DNA of 64,000 nt from Eledone cirrhosa (GCA_964016885.1 OZ024749.1:31620001-31684000); one strand, 5' to 3'; positions 28,181 through 42,070 are shown, counted from the first letter of the stretch. Notes: generated by a model from the sequence alone, not told the origin. Numbers and translations: made by a program.

Positions 28181-28281
28181 TTTGCATTTTACACGCAAAA
28201 AGAAAAAGAGTCTTTTACTGTGAAGAATACTCAAACTGATTGAGCATAAAAGACCCTGGACCGAACAAATTTGACGGCAGC

Positions 28282-28415
<134 letters not shown>

Positions 28416-29211
28416 GAGGTTATATTTAATTTGTTGGGATTCAACAAGCTTAAACATTTTTATAACTGATATAAAGCACTCAACAGTTTACTGGAGTAAA
28501 TACACATTATATTAATAAATGGAAACTATATTTATAAAACTATATTTATTTTATTATATATATTTCAAGGGCAACCAATGCAAAGTATGGTGCGCTTTCA
28601 TCAGATAAAATACAGATTTGTTTTATAAATAAATATTGACATACCCGGAAAAAAAGACAACCTTAAACGGTTGGAGCCTCCTGGATAGTGGAGATAATAT
28701 TTTATTGAGTATAATACAAAGTTATGAGTGAGTATGCAAATGGGTGTTCGAAAAGTTGAAAAGATAATGGTTTATTTAAATTAAACTATTGGAAGAAGAT
28801 GATATGTAAGGGAGAGAGAAAAAAGAAAAGGAAGGAGAAAGAGAGAAGAAGAAAGAACGATTATACATTGTGATAGTGGAGATAGACAGAGTGAATAAAG
28901 AAATAAGTTTTAATGGAAAAATATACATAGCGTAAATATATCTAAGTGAAAGAAGAAGTGAAAGAAGAAATAAGATTAACGTGGAAGAATGTATTTAGAA
29001 TGTAGGGCTCATTACGTTGCGATTATAATATTTATAATGATAGGTTGAAAAATTAGATTAAAATTAAAAATTAAAAATCAAAATTAAAGATTAAAATTTG
29101 CCTTAATATTAAATTTAATATTAATTTCATATTAATATTAAAAATTAACAAATTAAAAATTAAAATTAAAACAGAAGTATTTATATTATATTAAGATGTA
29201 TTAGTAATAAT

Positions 29212-29397
29212 TGTTTCTACTTTTTTGGTACAAGGCCAGCAATTACACAGTACATTACTGGTACTTTATTTTATCGACCCCGTAAGGATGAAAGGCAAAC
29301 TGAACCTAGGCGGGATTTGAACTCAAACCGTAAAGGGACGTAACTATGCAGGAAAACATGGCGTTCGACTCTCTACCGATACTGCCAATCTACCGCC
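29212..29397 (-). mobile_element. OK/Nin-type SINE in the left arm only, 13-bp TSD
   Basis: TSD tattagtaataat at 29199-29211 and 29403-29415; empty site in the right arm (~30870-30885). Confidence 0.92.
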
Positions 29398-31453
29398 CTT
29401 ATTATTAGTAATAATATATTGGTTTAGATGTGTATGTTATGGATTATAAATTATTTAAATAAATATATAGTATTTTACATTAGAGAAAATCTAGTATAGT
29501 TTATTTTATTAAAGTAAGTTTGGCAAAATTATATTTATTAATAGTTGTAAGTCAAAACTTAAACATCCAAATAATTCTAAATTTATGAAAATTTACGAGA
29601 GTTTACAAAGGAATAACTACTTAATTATATTATAAAAGCAGTAAGGAAGTATAAAGGAAGTTAGAAGTGATTTTTTAAGAACTCAAATGACTCCAAGGAT
29701 ACATAAAAAAAATTTTCGAAAAAAATATTTTTTTTTTTTTTTTTTTTTTATGAGAAGTCATAGATGTTATAAAGTTAAAAAATGTTATCTTAAGAATATA
29801 ATTAAAACATAAACCATATGTTATTTTATAAGAAGTCATAAATTTATCTTAAGAATATAATTAAAACATAAACCATAGGTTATTTTATAAGAAGTCATAC
29901 TTGTTATAAAGTTAAACCCAACTTTTAGATATATATATAAAATGTAACATATGGGTAATCTCCTTTACATAATGTTTTCTATATCCAACCACCTACAACC
30001 TCATCCTTCAGATTATATCTATATATGATTCCTATATATTTAATTTACTTTCTATTATCTCTACCTCATAAATATACTTTATATTATTTCACTTATCAAT
30101 AGATTATAACCTTTTTTTATATGACTACTTGAAATTCTTTTAAGGAAAATTTTCCTTGAAAATCTTTCTGAAGGTTTTAGAAAATTCTTTGAAAGTTCCT
30201 TTGAAAGATATAGAAAAACCATTATTTTCATATCTTCCAATATTTTATATCTTCAAACATTTTTAATATATGTACCCAAATATTTATATATATGTGGAAT
30301 AATATATGGTTTTTATATATAGGTTTATATATATATGTGGAATAACCGATGGTTTATGTTTTTACTATATTCTTAAGATAAATCTTTTTAACTTTATAAC
30401 AAGTATGACTTCTTATAAAATAACCAATGGTTTATGTTTTAATTATATTCTTAAGATAAATTTATGAATTTTTATAAAATAACATATGGTTTATGTTTTA
30501 ATTAAATTCTTAATAACATTTTTTAACTTTATAACATCTATGACTTATAAAAAATTAAAAAAAAAAATTTTTTTCGAAAAGTTTTTTATGTATCCTTGGA
30601 GTCATTTGAGTTCTTAAAAAATCACTTCCTTTATACTTCCTTACTGCTTTTATAATATAATTAAGTAGTTATTCCTTTGTAAACTCTCGTAAATTTTCAT
30701 AAATTTAGAATTATTTGGATGTTTAAGTTTTGACATACAACTATTAATAAATATAATTTTGCCAAACTTACATTAATAAAATAAACTATACTAGATTTTC
30801 TCTAATGTAAAATACTATGTACTTATTTAAATAATTTATAATCCATAACATACACATCTAAACCAATATATTATTACTAATACACCTTAATATAATATAA
30901 ATACTTCTGTTTTAATTTTAATTTTTAATTTTTTAATTTTTAATATTAATATTAAATTAATATTAAATTTAATATTAAGGCAAATTTTAATCTTTAATTT
31001 TTATTTTTTATTTTTTATTTTAATCTAATTTTTCAACCTATCATTATAAATATTATAATCGCAACTTATATTATTCTTCCACGTTAATCTTATTTCTTCT
31101 TTCACTTCTTATTGCACTTAGATATATTTATGCTATGTATATTTTTCCATTAAAACTTATTTCTTCATTCACTCTGTCTATCTCCAATATAACTATGTAT
31201 AATCGTTCTTTCTTTCCTCTTCTCTCTTTCTCCTTCCTTTTCTTTTTTCTCTCTCCCTTACATATCATCTTCTTCCAATAGTTTAATTTAAATAAACCAT
31301 TATCTTTTCAACTTTTCGGACACCCATTTACATACTCACTCATAACTTTGTATTACTCTCAATAAAATATTATCTCCACTATCCAGGAAGCTCCAACCGT
31401 TAAGATTGTCTTTTTTTCCGGGTATGTCAATATTTATTTATAAAACAAATCTG

Positions 31454-31519
31454 TATTTTATCTGATGAAAGCGCACCATACTTTGCCTTGGTTGCCTCTG
31501 AAATATATATAATAAAATA
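31454..31519 (+). ncRNA. Type I hammerhead ribozyme motif (mirror copy 28547-28612 -)
   Basis: TATTTTAT-CTGATGA-stem II (AAGCGCACCA...TGGTTGCCTCT)-GAA-ATATATAT-A-ATAAAATA. Confidence 0.75.
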
Positions 31520-31557
31520 AATATGGTTTTATAAATATAGTTTCCATTTATTAATAT

Positions 31558-31625
<68 letters not shown>

Positions 31626-31629
<4 letters not shown>

Positions 31630-31995
31630 TATTAATAAAATAGATGTTCTTTTGACCAATTACATTTTATTATACATATTTCGGATGTACAACAGTACGT
31701 CCTCATCAGACAAAATATAATGATACATGACATACCCTGAGATGTTAAATAGTTAAGATTTAATCAAGGTAGTGATTAAATCACTTGATTAAATCTTAAC
31801 CATTTAACATCTCGTTGTACATCCGAAATATGTATAATAAAATGTAATTGATCAAAAGAACATCTATTTTATTAATACTTATATTTTAATATTAATAACT
31901 CCTGAAAATTATTTTTTTTCCCGTTGAGTGCTTCCAATCTACTGTAAAACTCATTCTTTGACATAATCATCGAATATTGTTTAACAACTTAATAC
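31626..31995. mobile_element. Family E fold-back element
   Basis: Inverted arms 31626-31692/31814-31881; second hairpin 31740-31813; tail to ~31995. Confidence 0.8.
31664..31716 (-). ncRNA. Type I hammerhead ribozyme motif (family E)
   Basis: ATTTTGT-CTGATGA-GGACGTAC(TGTT)GTACATCC-GAA-ATATGTAT-A-ATAAAAT. Confidence 0.8.
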
Positions 31996-32039
31996 ATATA
32001 TATATATATATATACTTATATTTATATATATATATATAT

Positions 32040-32119
32040 GGGGTCCTATTACCTAAATACTCTACTACTCCAAGTACGTACTCTGGTGCCTTATGGTCCA
32101 CCTGGTATCTTCTTTGTTA
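32040..32119 (+). mobile_element. Family A 3' fragment beginning at the predicted HHR cleavage site
   Basis: Starts ggggtcctattacc right after (TA)n; the family A cleavage context is GUC/GGGGUC. Confidence 0.6.
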
Positions 32120-32120
32120 A

Positions 32121-32213
<93 letters not shown>

Positions 32214-33443
32214 TACTCGTCCAATTTCCATATATTTCTATATCAAAATCTAACTACAAGAAGCAAAGATGCGGACTCCAATCTTATAAATATTGTAGAA
32301 AAACATCCACTTGAAAAGCTATTGTCAACAACTTATTTATACATACAGCATAAATCAATATATTTATCACACACAGAGAGACTGTCGACAGCATCAACAA
32401 CAAAATTGTCTTAATAATTGACATCGCAATATCGAGTGGCTTAATGTTATATAAGAACTTATACTGACTATTGAATTCTGTTGACTATTCATTTAAAAAC
32501 ATCTCTCATATCAAAAAATATGTCCAACTTTACATGGATACATCGTTTTCTTTTCATATTTGCTACCAATAAATTTTATAGATGATAACTTATGTTTGTA
32601 AAATGACACTATTTTTTCATGCTTCTCAAGAATATTCATCTATATGGGCTAAACATATTTTTCGATCAGTTTTTATATTTTGGGAGGGTTTTAGTTATTT
32701 ATGCTGTTACTGTTTCTTTACCTACAGTTTGATGTCTTTATTCGTTGACGTTGTAGAAAAGAAAATAACCTCTACTTCATCTTAGTAATTTCTATATAAA
32801 GTTTTATCTGTACACAACTTCCAGCTTTGCTGTCACAACTATCAAAATATCTTCTTAATGTTATGTCACGTTGTATTTCATATATTGTCATTGTCAGTCA
32901 TTTCACCTTCCACCCTTGCTCATGTAATCACAAACATTAATGTCTTAAACTAAATGATAATAATATCGACATTTATCATCCATTACGCTATCGATCCTTG
33001 CAATTTATGGCATGTCTTTCCTCATCAACATTATTTTATTTTATTTTATCATCTTTCAACAAACATCTCCATTGCTATCACGCGATACATATGTGATATT
33101 GCCATTACTGGACATTTCAATAATAATAATATTTTCTCTCATATATTAACAAACATAATTCTCTGTTCAAGCCCTTTTATTTTTTTTTTGTTTCGTTTCA
33201 ATTGAAGATATTGAAATATCCACAGAAATTTGTTTCCAGAAACTTCTTCCACTCATGCACACACAAACACAGACACACACTCACGATGATTTTCCTCCAT
33301 AATGTTATTTCCACAAACGTAGCTATTTTATATTGTCGAGGGTTGACTGGTTGTTTGTGAGGTCTCATTAGCAACCCTATAATTACTGAATCCTTCTCAT
33401 TGTTCGCAGAAGAATTTTGGAGGAATAATGAACTCCTATGGTG

Positions 33444-33722
33444 GAAGCGCGTGGCCTAGTGGTAAGGGTGTTGGACCTACGATAATAATGTCGTAGGTTC
33501 GATTGCTGGGCTGGGGTGTGTGTTGTGTTTTTGAGCAAAACACTTCATTTTAACATTATTCCACTATACTCAGCTGAAAATCAGTACCAGCAATAGCTGG
33601 GGGTTTAACCCTGCGATCGACCGGCCTCCTGTCAACGGGAGAGTCATCTACTCTCAGACGCTTCACGCTACGAAACCGAGATAAGCAAGGGCCGAACGAG
33701 CCTCCTGGCTTGAGATAGACTT
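33444..33722 (+). mobile_element. Older full-length OR/Meta-type tRNA SINE
   Basis: gcgcgtggcctagtggtaaggg A-box, ggttcgattg B-box, ttgagcaaaacacttca core, aaccctgcgat...gctacgaaaccg tail. Confidence 0.75.
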
Positions 33723-33869
33723 TGGAATGTCTCCAACCAGAGCTCCCGATTGATTCACCAATACATTTGTGGATCGAATGAATAGACTTTGGTAATGAGA
33801 ATGGGTACAGAAGTCTGCTGTGTATACACACAGTCACCCACAAACACACGCATCAATTCCTAGATACAC

Positions 33870-34610
33870 ACGCACACAACTTGTAATAACTACTATCGAA
33901 CTCCTAACCAGGACTGGGTACGCCACCTTTCACCTTAGTGATGATAAGAAGCAAATTGAACCTGATACCATACACTATCAATTAGATATCTTTCAGTATG
34001 AGAGCGTGTCAGTACTTCTCTTCGTTCTTTCTTTAAACTCACTATCATACTTGTCACACAACAGTATCGATACAAATGGATCCATAGTTATCTCCGATAT
34101 ATTCTTTGTCAATGACCCGTAGTTGTATGGGTCAAATATCAACCACATCATTTTACAATTTTCTACAGACAATGGAATTAAATGTGGTGACTCCAAATCT
34201 GCATTTTTGATAATAATTGTTTCTACTTTAGGCACAAGGCCAGCAATTATTCAGTGCATTACTGGTACTTTATTTTATCGACCCCGTAAGGATGAAAGGC
34301 GAAGTCAACCTCGGCGAGATTTGAACTCAGATCGTAAAGGGACGTAACTATGCTGGAAAGCATGGCGTCCGACCCTCTACCGATACTGCCAATCCACCGC
34401 CCATTTTTGATAATAATAAAAATAAATCCATTTTTGATAATAATAAAAATAAAAAAACGTTGGAAAGTTGTGCTCTCATCAGATAATCTATAAATGACAG
34501 TCTTGTCGATACAATCTATACAGTCAGATGGCAGTTATATGTATCTTGGACCGCATGACAATATCGAAGGATATGATGGAGCCATAAAGAAGGAGAGGAC
34601 TAGGATTGAA
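33870..34610 (+). pseudogene. Degenerate reverse transcriptase of an R4/Dong-like (RLE) non-LTR retrotransposon, split by a SINE
   Basis: IHYQLDIFQYESVSVLLFVLSLNSLSYL (GIFQGDSLS motif), IFFVNDP*LYGSN (FVDDLKLY), FSTDNGIKCGDSKSAFLII, DGSYMYLG. Confidence 0.75.
34218..34401 (-). mobile_element. OK/Nin-type SINE with 16-bp TSD
   Basis: TSD catttttgataataat at 34202-34217 and 34402-34417. Confidence 0.92.
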
Positions 34611-35471
34611 TAACACACAATTGGAAGATAGCCGGGGCCAAAAAAATCCATATTATCAATATTATATTCTAACGATTCATGGATGAATGCTTATTTAAGG
34701 GGCAACGGACATTTTTATTTATTTACAACCTTGCCACTGAGAAGGTACCCAATCAAAAATATATTCAAATTTAAGAATAAGAAAAATATACATATACAGA
34801 CAAACCAACATATATACATATTTACATACAGACATACAGACTTACATACAAACAATCATACATACATACATGCATACATGAATATATACATACATACATG
34901 AATATATACATATATACATATATACATTTATACATATATACATATATACATACATAGATATATATATATACATAATGCATGCATGCAAACATATATACAG
35001 ACATACTTATACACAGACATGCATACATACATAGATATATGCATGCATACATGCAAACATACATACATGCATACAAACATATATACATGCATACATACAT
35101 ATATAAATACATATATACATACATAAAGAACATACATACAAAAAGAACGTACATTCATAAAAAAAACACGTATATATACATACGAACATATACATACGAA
35201 CACACACACACATAGAAGTAGTAACAATAAAATACATAGACACATAGACACATAAAGATCATATATAGATAAATAAATGTCATTGTTAATTAATAAATAA
35301 ATCAACTAATACCTTAACACTTCACAAAAAAAAGTAAAATATTTCGTTTTAATCATTTTCTAATCCAGAAAAAAAAGGGAGAAATAAATAAATAGGGAAA
35401 AAAATATTTTTTTCTTCCTAATAATCGTCTCTTTCTCCCTGTTTTCATATATATATATATGTGTGAATATA

Positions 35472-35707
35472 TGTGAAGTAATTCCGTCGGAAAAGTCCAG
35501 GAAAATAGAGTGCTCTATGTAGGTAACAGAGCTTAATAGTTATGTAATAAACAACATAAGGCAATTATTTCATTTCCCAGTGGTTTCTTAAAAGCAAAAA
35601 AATGTTGCTTTCAATCATCAGAAAGGTTCTGATGATTGAAAGCAACATTTTTTTGCTTTTAAGAAACCACTGGGAAATGAAATAATTGCCTTATGTTGTT
35701 TATTACA

Positions 35708-35714
<7 letters not shown>
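35472..35714. mobile_element. Family G fold-back element; perfect palindrome 35536-35714
   Basis: 88-bp perfect arms, centre tcatcagaa-agg-ttctgatga; each arm homologous to 4262-4348. Confidence 0.85.
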
Positions 35715-35738
<24 letters not shown>

Positions 35739-35782
35739 TAATTCAAAATATTAACAAAAATAGACATTCGTGTGATCAAGTA

Positions 35783-35849
35783 TATTTTATTATACATATT
35801 ACAGAGGTACTGAGGTATCTTCAACAGTACGTCCTCATCAGATAAAATA
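35783..35849 (-). ncRNA. Degenerate family E hammerhead (GAAA changed to GTAA)
   Basis: TATTTTAT-CTGATGA-GGACGTACTG...CAGTACCTCT-GTAATATGTATA-ATAAAATA. Confidence 0.6.
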
Positions 35850-36143
35850 AGATGATGCATGACATACCCTGACTTAGTAGATGGTTAAGTGAATAAGATA
35901 TAACAAAACTCAACATTTATATACCTTAAGATTGAGACATGAACAAATGTACATATAATACTGAGGGTGCGTGTGAGAAAGCTTAAAAATACATAATAGC
36001 AATTTACATAACTGTTAGAGGTTCAAATAATTTAAATTATTGAAGAAAGAAGAAAGAAAGAAGAAAGACAGAGAAACCGATGAGGAAAAAAATATAATTA
36101 CTAGAAGTATTGATTTATTCATTGAACCTTGTTTAACCTTTAA

Positions 36144-36211
<68 letters not shown>

Positions 36212-36213
<2 letters not shown>

Positions 36214-36389
36214 CAAAGGAATTGTGGTAAGGAACCAGATGGACCATAACGCACCAGAGTACTCAATACTTAGAGTGGGAAATAGGAAAAAGTATGACCC
36301 CGACGGCAGAGCTCAAGCCGTTACGACGGCTATTTCTGGACTGAAATAGCCGTCGAAACGGCTTGAGCTATGCCGTCGGGGTCATACTT

Positions 36390-36393
<4 letters not shown>
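36212..36393. mobile_element. Family A fold-back element
   Basis: Tail plus palindrome with loop TGGACT (36337-36342). Confidence 0.8.
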
Positions 36394-36451
<58 letters not shown>

Positions 36452-36455
36452 ATAT

Positions 36456-36692
36456 ATATTTATTAAAATAACAGATTAAAGTTTAAGCAAAGAATAGCTG
36501 CTTTCACCCTTAACGGGATCTTCTGAAACCTGGGAGTTTCAGAAGATCCCGTTAAGGGTGAAAGCAGCTATTCTTTGCTTAAACTTTAATCTGTTATTTT
36601 AATAAATATTTGCTCTACGGTTCTTATATATTTGATATATATTTATCCTTATCGAGCCCTCTTTGGATTTTAGTCTTCAAATTTATTATTAT

Positions 36693-36696
<4 letters not shown>
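36456..36696. mobile_element. Family H fold-back element; palindrome 36456-36609 with HHR-like CAGAAGA core
   Basis: 74-bp perfect arms; CAGAAGA-TCCC(GTTAA)GGGT-GAA-AGCAGCT-A; tail also found at 21432 and 43714. Confidence 0.75.
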
Positions 36697-36778
<82 letters not shown>

Positions 36779-36785
36779 GTATATA

Positions 36786-36861
<76 letters not shown>

Positions 36862-36984
36862 GGAGGTGAGTATTATTTTAGTACAATAAAGCAATGCAGA
36901 TATCGTATAAGAAGCACTCTACATTTTGTAGGACTGGAGTATACATAATATATAAGATCAAAAGATGATTAAATGAGTTCCATG

Positions 36985-37055
36985 TATTTTATTATGCGCA
37001 TTTCAAAAACAAATATCATCATGCAATAACATTTGTGTTTTCATCAGATAAAATA
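36985..37055 (-). ncRNA. Type I hammerhead ribozyme motif (element 36859-37108)
   Basis: TATTTTAT-CTGATGA-AAACACAAATGTTAT...ATGATATTTGTTTTT-GAA-ATGCGCAT-A-ATAAAATA. Confidence 0.8.
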
Positions 37056-37104
37056 GGACATGATATGAAGGTTAAAAACACTTGTGGATAGTGCAGTTTT
37101 AAAT

Positions 37105-37193
<89 letters not shown>

Positions 37194-37572
37194 CAACGGA
37201 ATACAGACAGAGACAGACAGATGAATAATCAAACAGACAGACAGGCAGAGAAAGATAAGTACACAGGTTGGTACATAAGCAAGCAGGCGTGAGTCAAGAT
37301 TTCTGTGCACTTATCGCATTCAACCTATCAATCCAGTGCCATGGCTTGCATTGCTATATCAACCTCACTCCCACCATAACCCTGCCATCATAGGCTAGGA
37401 TATATGCTAAGTATCTCAAATGCCGGCACTACCATCCACACTCCACCCACCACTCACGCCCCTCTGCAGCAATTTAACATTTCACAAACCAATCCTGAAA
37501 ATTGATGAACGCCGTACACACACAAACACGCACACACACATATATATATATATATATACATGTGTGTATATG

Positions 37573-37605
<33 letters not shown>

Positions 37606-37606
37606 G

Positions 37607-37658
<52 letters not shown>

Positions 37659-37660
37659 AT

Positions 37661-37694
<34 letters not shown>

Positions 37695-37709
37695 GATCTA
37701 TACATATAA

Positions 37710-37795
<86 letters not shown>

Positions 37796-37846
37796 TATCT
37801 GTATGTAGGGTGCAACTTTTCAGGTGCTTATACATAGATACATACG

Positions 37847-37885
<39 letters not shown>

Positions 37886-38255
37886 ACGCACACACACATT
37901 TACATACACACATAATTGCAGCAGAAATATGAGATTTGCACTAAAGACATAAAAAAACCACTTGTAGGACATTTTAAAAGAGAAGACGAAAGAATCTAAA
38001 CCATTATAAAATTACAAAATTACAAAATTGAAGCATTAAAGAAACACAATATTCCAAATAATTTCAAATATCTTCGCTAAAGTTGTAAGATCTTCAGATA
38101 TTATTATACTAATTCGTTTGAGTTGGTCTTGAGAAATATAAAAAACATCAGACCTAGATAATGACGTTTTGATTATCATTGTAAATAAAATGCAGGGAAA
38201 TTATTCAGTGTTTCCCTTCTCTCTCTCTATATATATATCTTTTTCTTTCTCGCTA

Positions 38256-38326
<71 letters not shown>

Positions 38327-38327
<1 letters not shown>

Positions 38328-38519
38328 GGGTAAAAGTATGACCCCGACGGCAGAACTCAAGCCGTTTCGACGGCTATTTCTGGACAGAAATAGCCGTAGA
38401 AAACGGCTTGAGCTCTGCCGTCGGGGTCCTACTTTTTCCTATTACCCACTCTACTAGTCTAAGTATTGAGTACTCTGGTGCGTTATGGTCCATCTGGTTC
38501 CTTACCACAACTCCTTCGT

Positions 38520-38520
<1 letters not shown>
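38327..38520. mobile_element. Family A fold-back element (tail on the right)
   Basis: Palindrome with loop TGGACA (38381-38386) followed by the reverse-complemented tail. Confidence 0.8.
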
Positions 38521-38552
<32 letters not shown>

Positions 38553-38554
38553 AC

Positions 38555-38609
<55 letters not shown>

Positions 38610-38850
38610 GTGTATATATATAAATGTGCGTGTGTGTGTATAACATACATATATATATACATATATATATATATACTATGATATTATGCAGGCTTCGTCA
38701 GTTCATGAAACATTTGGTTGCTAATGGAATATGGTAGATATGAATCACAATACCGTAGGTTTGTTTATATGTTCTTGTGCTAGACAGAATTGCAACACAC
38801 GTATATACACCCGTATTGAGCACCTGAGGACAGTAAACAATAATTTTTAT

Positions 38851-38935
<85 letters not shown>

Positions 38936-39001
38936 TATACATATATTTATATATATTATATACATACATATATAAATAAATATATACATATATTTATATA
39001 T

Positions 39002-39076
<75 letters not shown>

Positions 39077-39142
39077 TATACATATATTTATATATATTAT
39101 ATACATACATATATAAATAAATATATACATATATTTATATAT

Positions 39143-39207
<65 letters not shown>

Positions 39208-39252
39208 TACATACACAAATATATACATATATATATATATATGCATACATAC

Positions 39253-39295
<43 letters not shown>

Positions 39296-39600
39296 GACAC
39301 ATGAAATGATAGGAAGAATATAAAACTATACATACAGTATATATATATTCCATATGAATCTTTAATAACAACAAACAACAAAACTAATAGCGACACAACA
39401 TAAACAACAACAATAAATACAACTTCTACAACAAAAATTTCCTAAATTTAACACAAATCTATGATAGTGTTATACTTACTTCAAATATCTCTTTTGTAAA
39501 ATTGATCAAATTACTTAATTGTATATAACATTAGAAATTGAAATAAGAATTTATTTCAATTAGAAAGTTCTGTTTGCAATTCAAGACAATTTCTTCCACT

Positions 39601-39657
39601 TATGTTAAAATATAGAGTCTAATAGCTATCTAAATCTTGTGTGTGTTTATATACATA

Positions 39658-39717
<60 letters not shown>

Positions 39718-39774
39718 TATGTATATAAACACACACAAGATTTAGATAGCTATTAGACTCTATCTTTTAACATA
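39601..39774. repeat. Palindrome of unique flanking DNA centred on (TA)n
   Basis: 60-bp arms 39601-39660/39715-39774, one mismatch. Confidence 0.85.
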
Positions 39775-39835
<61 letters not shown>

Positions 39836-39964
39836 CAAATATATATACCTACATATATATATATAGAGAGATATATATATATATAAGGTTGTAGATGTTG
39901 CAATTATTGATGTACAAGTTTTTATTGTTGCTTTTTAAAGATAATATATTCGAACAGGTTATAT

Positions 39965-40098
<134 letters not shown>

Positions 40099-40136
40099 GG
40101 ATAGAGATAGATATAGAGAGAGAAATATAAGATAGA

Positions 40137-40170
<34 letters not shown>

Positions 40171-40175
<5 letters not shown>

Positions 40176-40349
40176 AAAACTTGGACGGGAACAAAAACAG
40201 AGAGGCAGTACAAGCAAAGGTTTATTATTAGGTTTACGCTCTTGAGAGTGGGGGATATATATATATATATCTACCCCCCACTCTCCTGAGCGTGAATTTA
40301 ATAAACATTTATCGTACTGCCTCTCTGTTCTGTCCATGTTCAATTTTTC

Positions 40350-40353
<4 letters not shown>
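40171..40353. mobile_element. Imperfect fold-back element with TA centre; half copy at 61688-61750
   Basis: acagagaggcagtac...aaggtttatta / taataaac...gtactgcctctctgt. Confidence 0.65.
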
Positions 40354-40394
<41 letters not shown>

Positions 40395-41017
40395 GTATGG
40401 TTGTCTTTATGTGTACATATACATATGTATACACACACATACACACGCACATATGTATTTGTATGTGTGTGGGGGGGGGTGAGGTATGTATGTGTATGTG
40501 TTATTTGATGTTTTGAGTTCAATACACATCAGGTTTGATTTCGTCTTTGATCTTTCCGGATGTTGTTAAATACGAACAAATTACGTGGTAGTTTATAAAT
40601 GGACGCTGGCTACTATCTCTAACTAAAGTATTCTAGTTTTCACCTCCTCTAGACACTAGTTACCAATTCATGCGTGCCAGACATTAATGTATTTTTGTTA
40701 CACTTTCGGACAATCGTATCTAATTAAGGGCGATTGAGATTTCCCCTGGGGTTCTCAAACATATTAAAATTTTCGTAGGGTCTCACACATCGCACCTTCT
40801 TCCCTTTCCTCCTTTCTTTCTTTTTCTATTAGTCCTTGCTCTTCCCTTCCTTTTCCTCTCAATTATAGTCCTTGGCAATGCTGCTCTCTTTTTCTGTATG
40901 TTTATATAATAAAATTTATATATTGAAAATAAAATTTATATATTGAACTGAAAATGAATATTTACCTACATAAGAATTGAAAAGCAATTAGGAAACGAAA
41001 AGTCCCCCTCTGCTTGT

Positions 41018-41246
41018 TTAACTCTTTAGCATTTAAATTGGCCATAACTGAGCAGAATTCTCTCACCTCTTGCTGTTCAAACCAGCCATAATTGGCCACT
41101 CATACCAATGTTAAGGTATTGTTCTGAAAATAAATAATATCAAAATCTCATAGATTCGATATTATATGAGATAATCATGTGCTGTGAAACCTTTATCACA
41201 AAAATACAATTGTGTATATGGAGTAATGTAAATGGTAAAGTGTTAA
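41018..41246. mobile_element. Degenerate TTAA-flanked (piggyBac-type) MITE
   Basis: ttaactctttagcattt ... aaatggtaaagtgttaa termini. Confidence 0.55.
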
Positions 41247-41529
41247 AATCTAAACACAAAACACATACAACTGAGATAACTGCAATAATATTAACAAATC
41301 GAAATTTCGGCAGATGTAATTATATAATACAAAGCACAGATATTAATTTTAAATCGTGTTTTGCTGTGACAACATAATGAGATATTGGTTTTGTAAAGCC
41401 AAGGGAGGAGACTCTAGATTGTCGCTTTAGCTCTGCTAGAAATAGCAGGCTAGTTGCCTTCCAATTACATGCTCTAGTTAGAAATAAGGAGAGGAAACCT
41501 TAGATAACCTGTTCGGGTATATTATCTTT

Positions 41530-41851
41530 AAAAAGCAACAACAACAAAAACATGTAGAACAATAACTGCAACAGCATCTACAGCAATAACAATAACAACA
41601 TCATCAACAAAAACAACAATAACTACAACAGTAACAACAACAAAATCTACAACAATAACAACAAGACATATAACAATAACAGCAGCACAGTCAACAATAG
41701 CAACAACAACAACAACAATACCTACAACAATAACAACAACGAGATTTGCAACAGTAACAACATGAATAACAACAACACATTCTACAATAATAACTAAAAC
41801 AATACCAACAACAATAACAAGATCTGTAACCATAACAACGCCATCAACAAT

Positions 41852-41882
<31 letters not shown>

Positions 41883-41923
41883 ACAATAACAACACCTTCA
41901 ACTGTAACATCAACAATAACAAT

Positions 41924-41957
<34 letters not shown>

Positions 41958-42070
41958 ACAACACCTTCGACTGTAACAACATCAACAATAACAACAACAT
42001 CAACAACAACAACAACAATAACAACAACACCTTCAACTGTAACAGCAACATCATTAACAACATCACCAAT

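Noticed and set aside
32210-33230. 1-kb unique-looking stretch as an exon or retroelement ORF
   Set aside because: Many stops in the frames examined and no recognisable motif.
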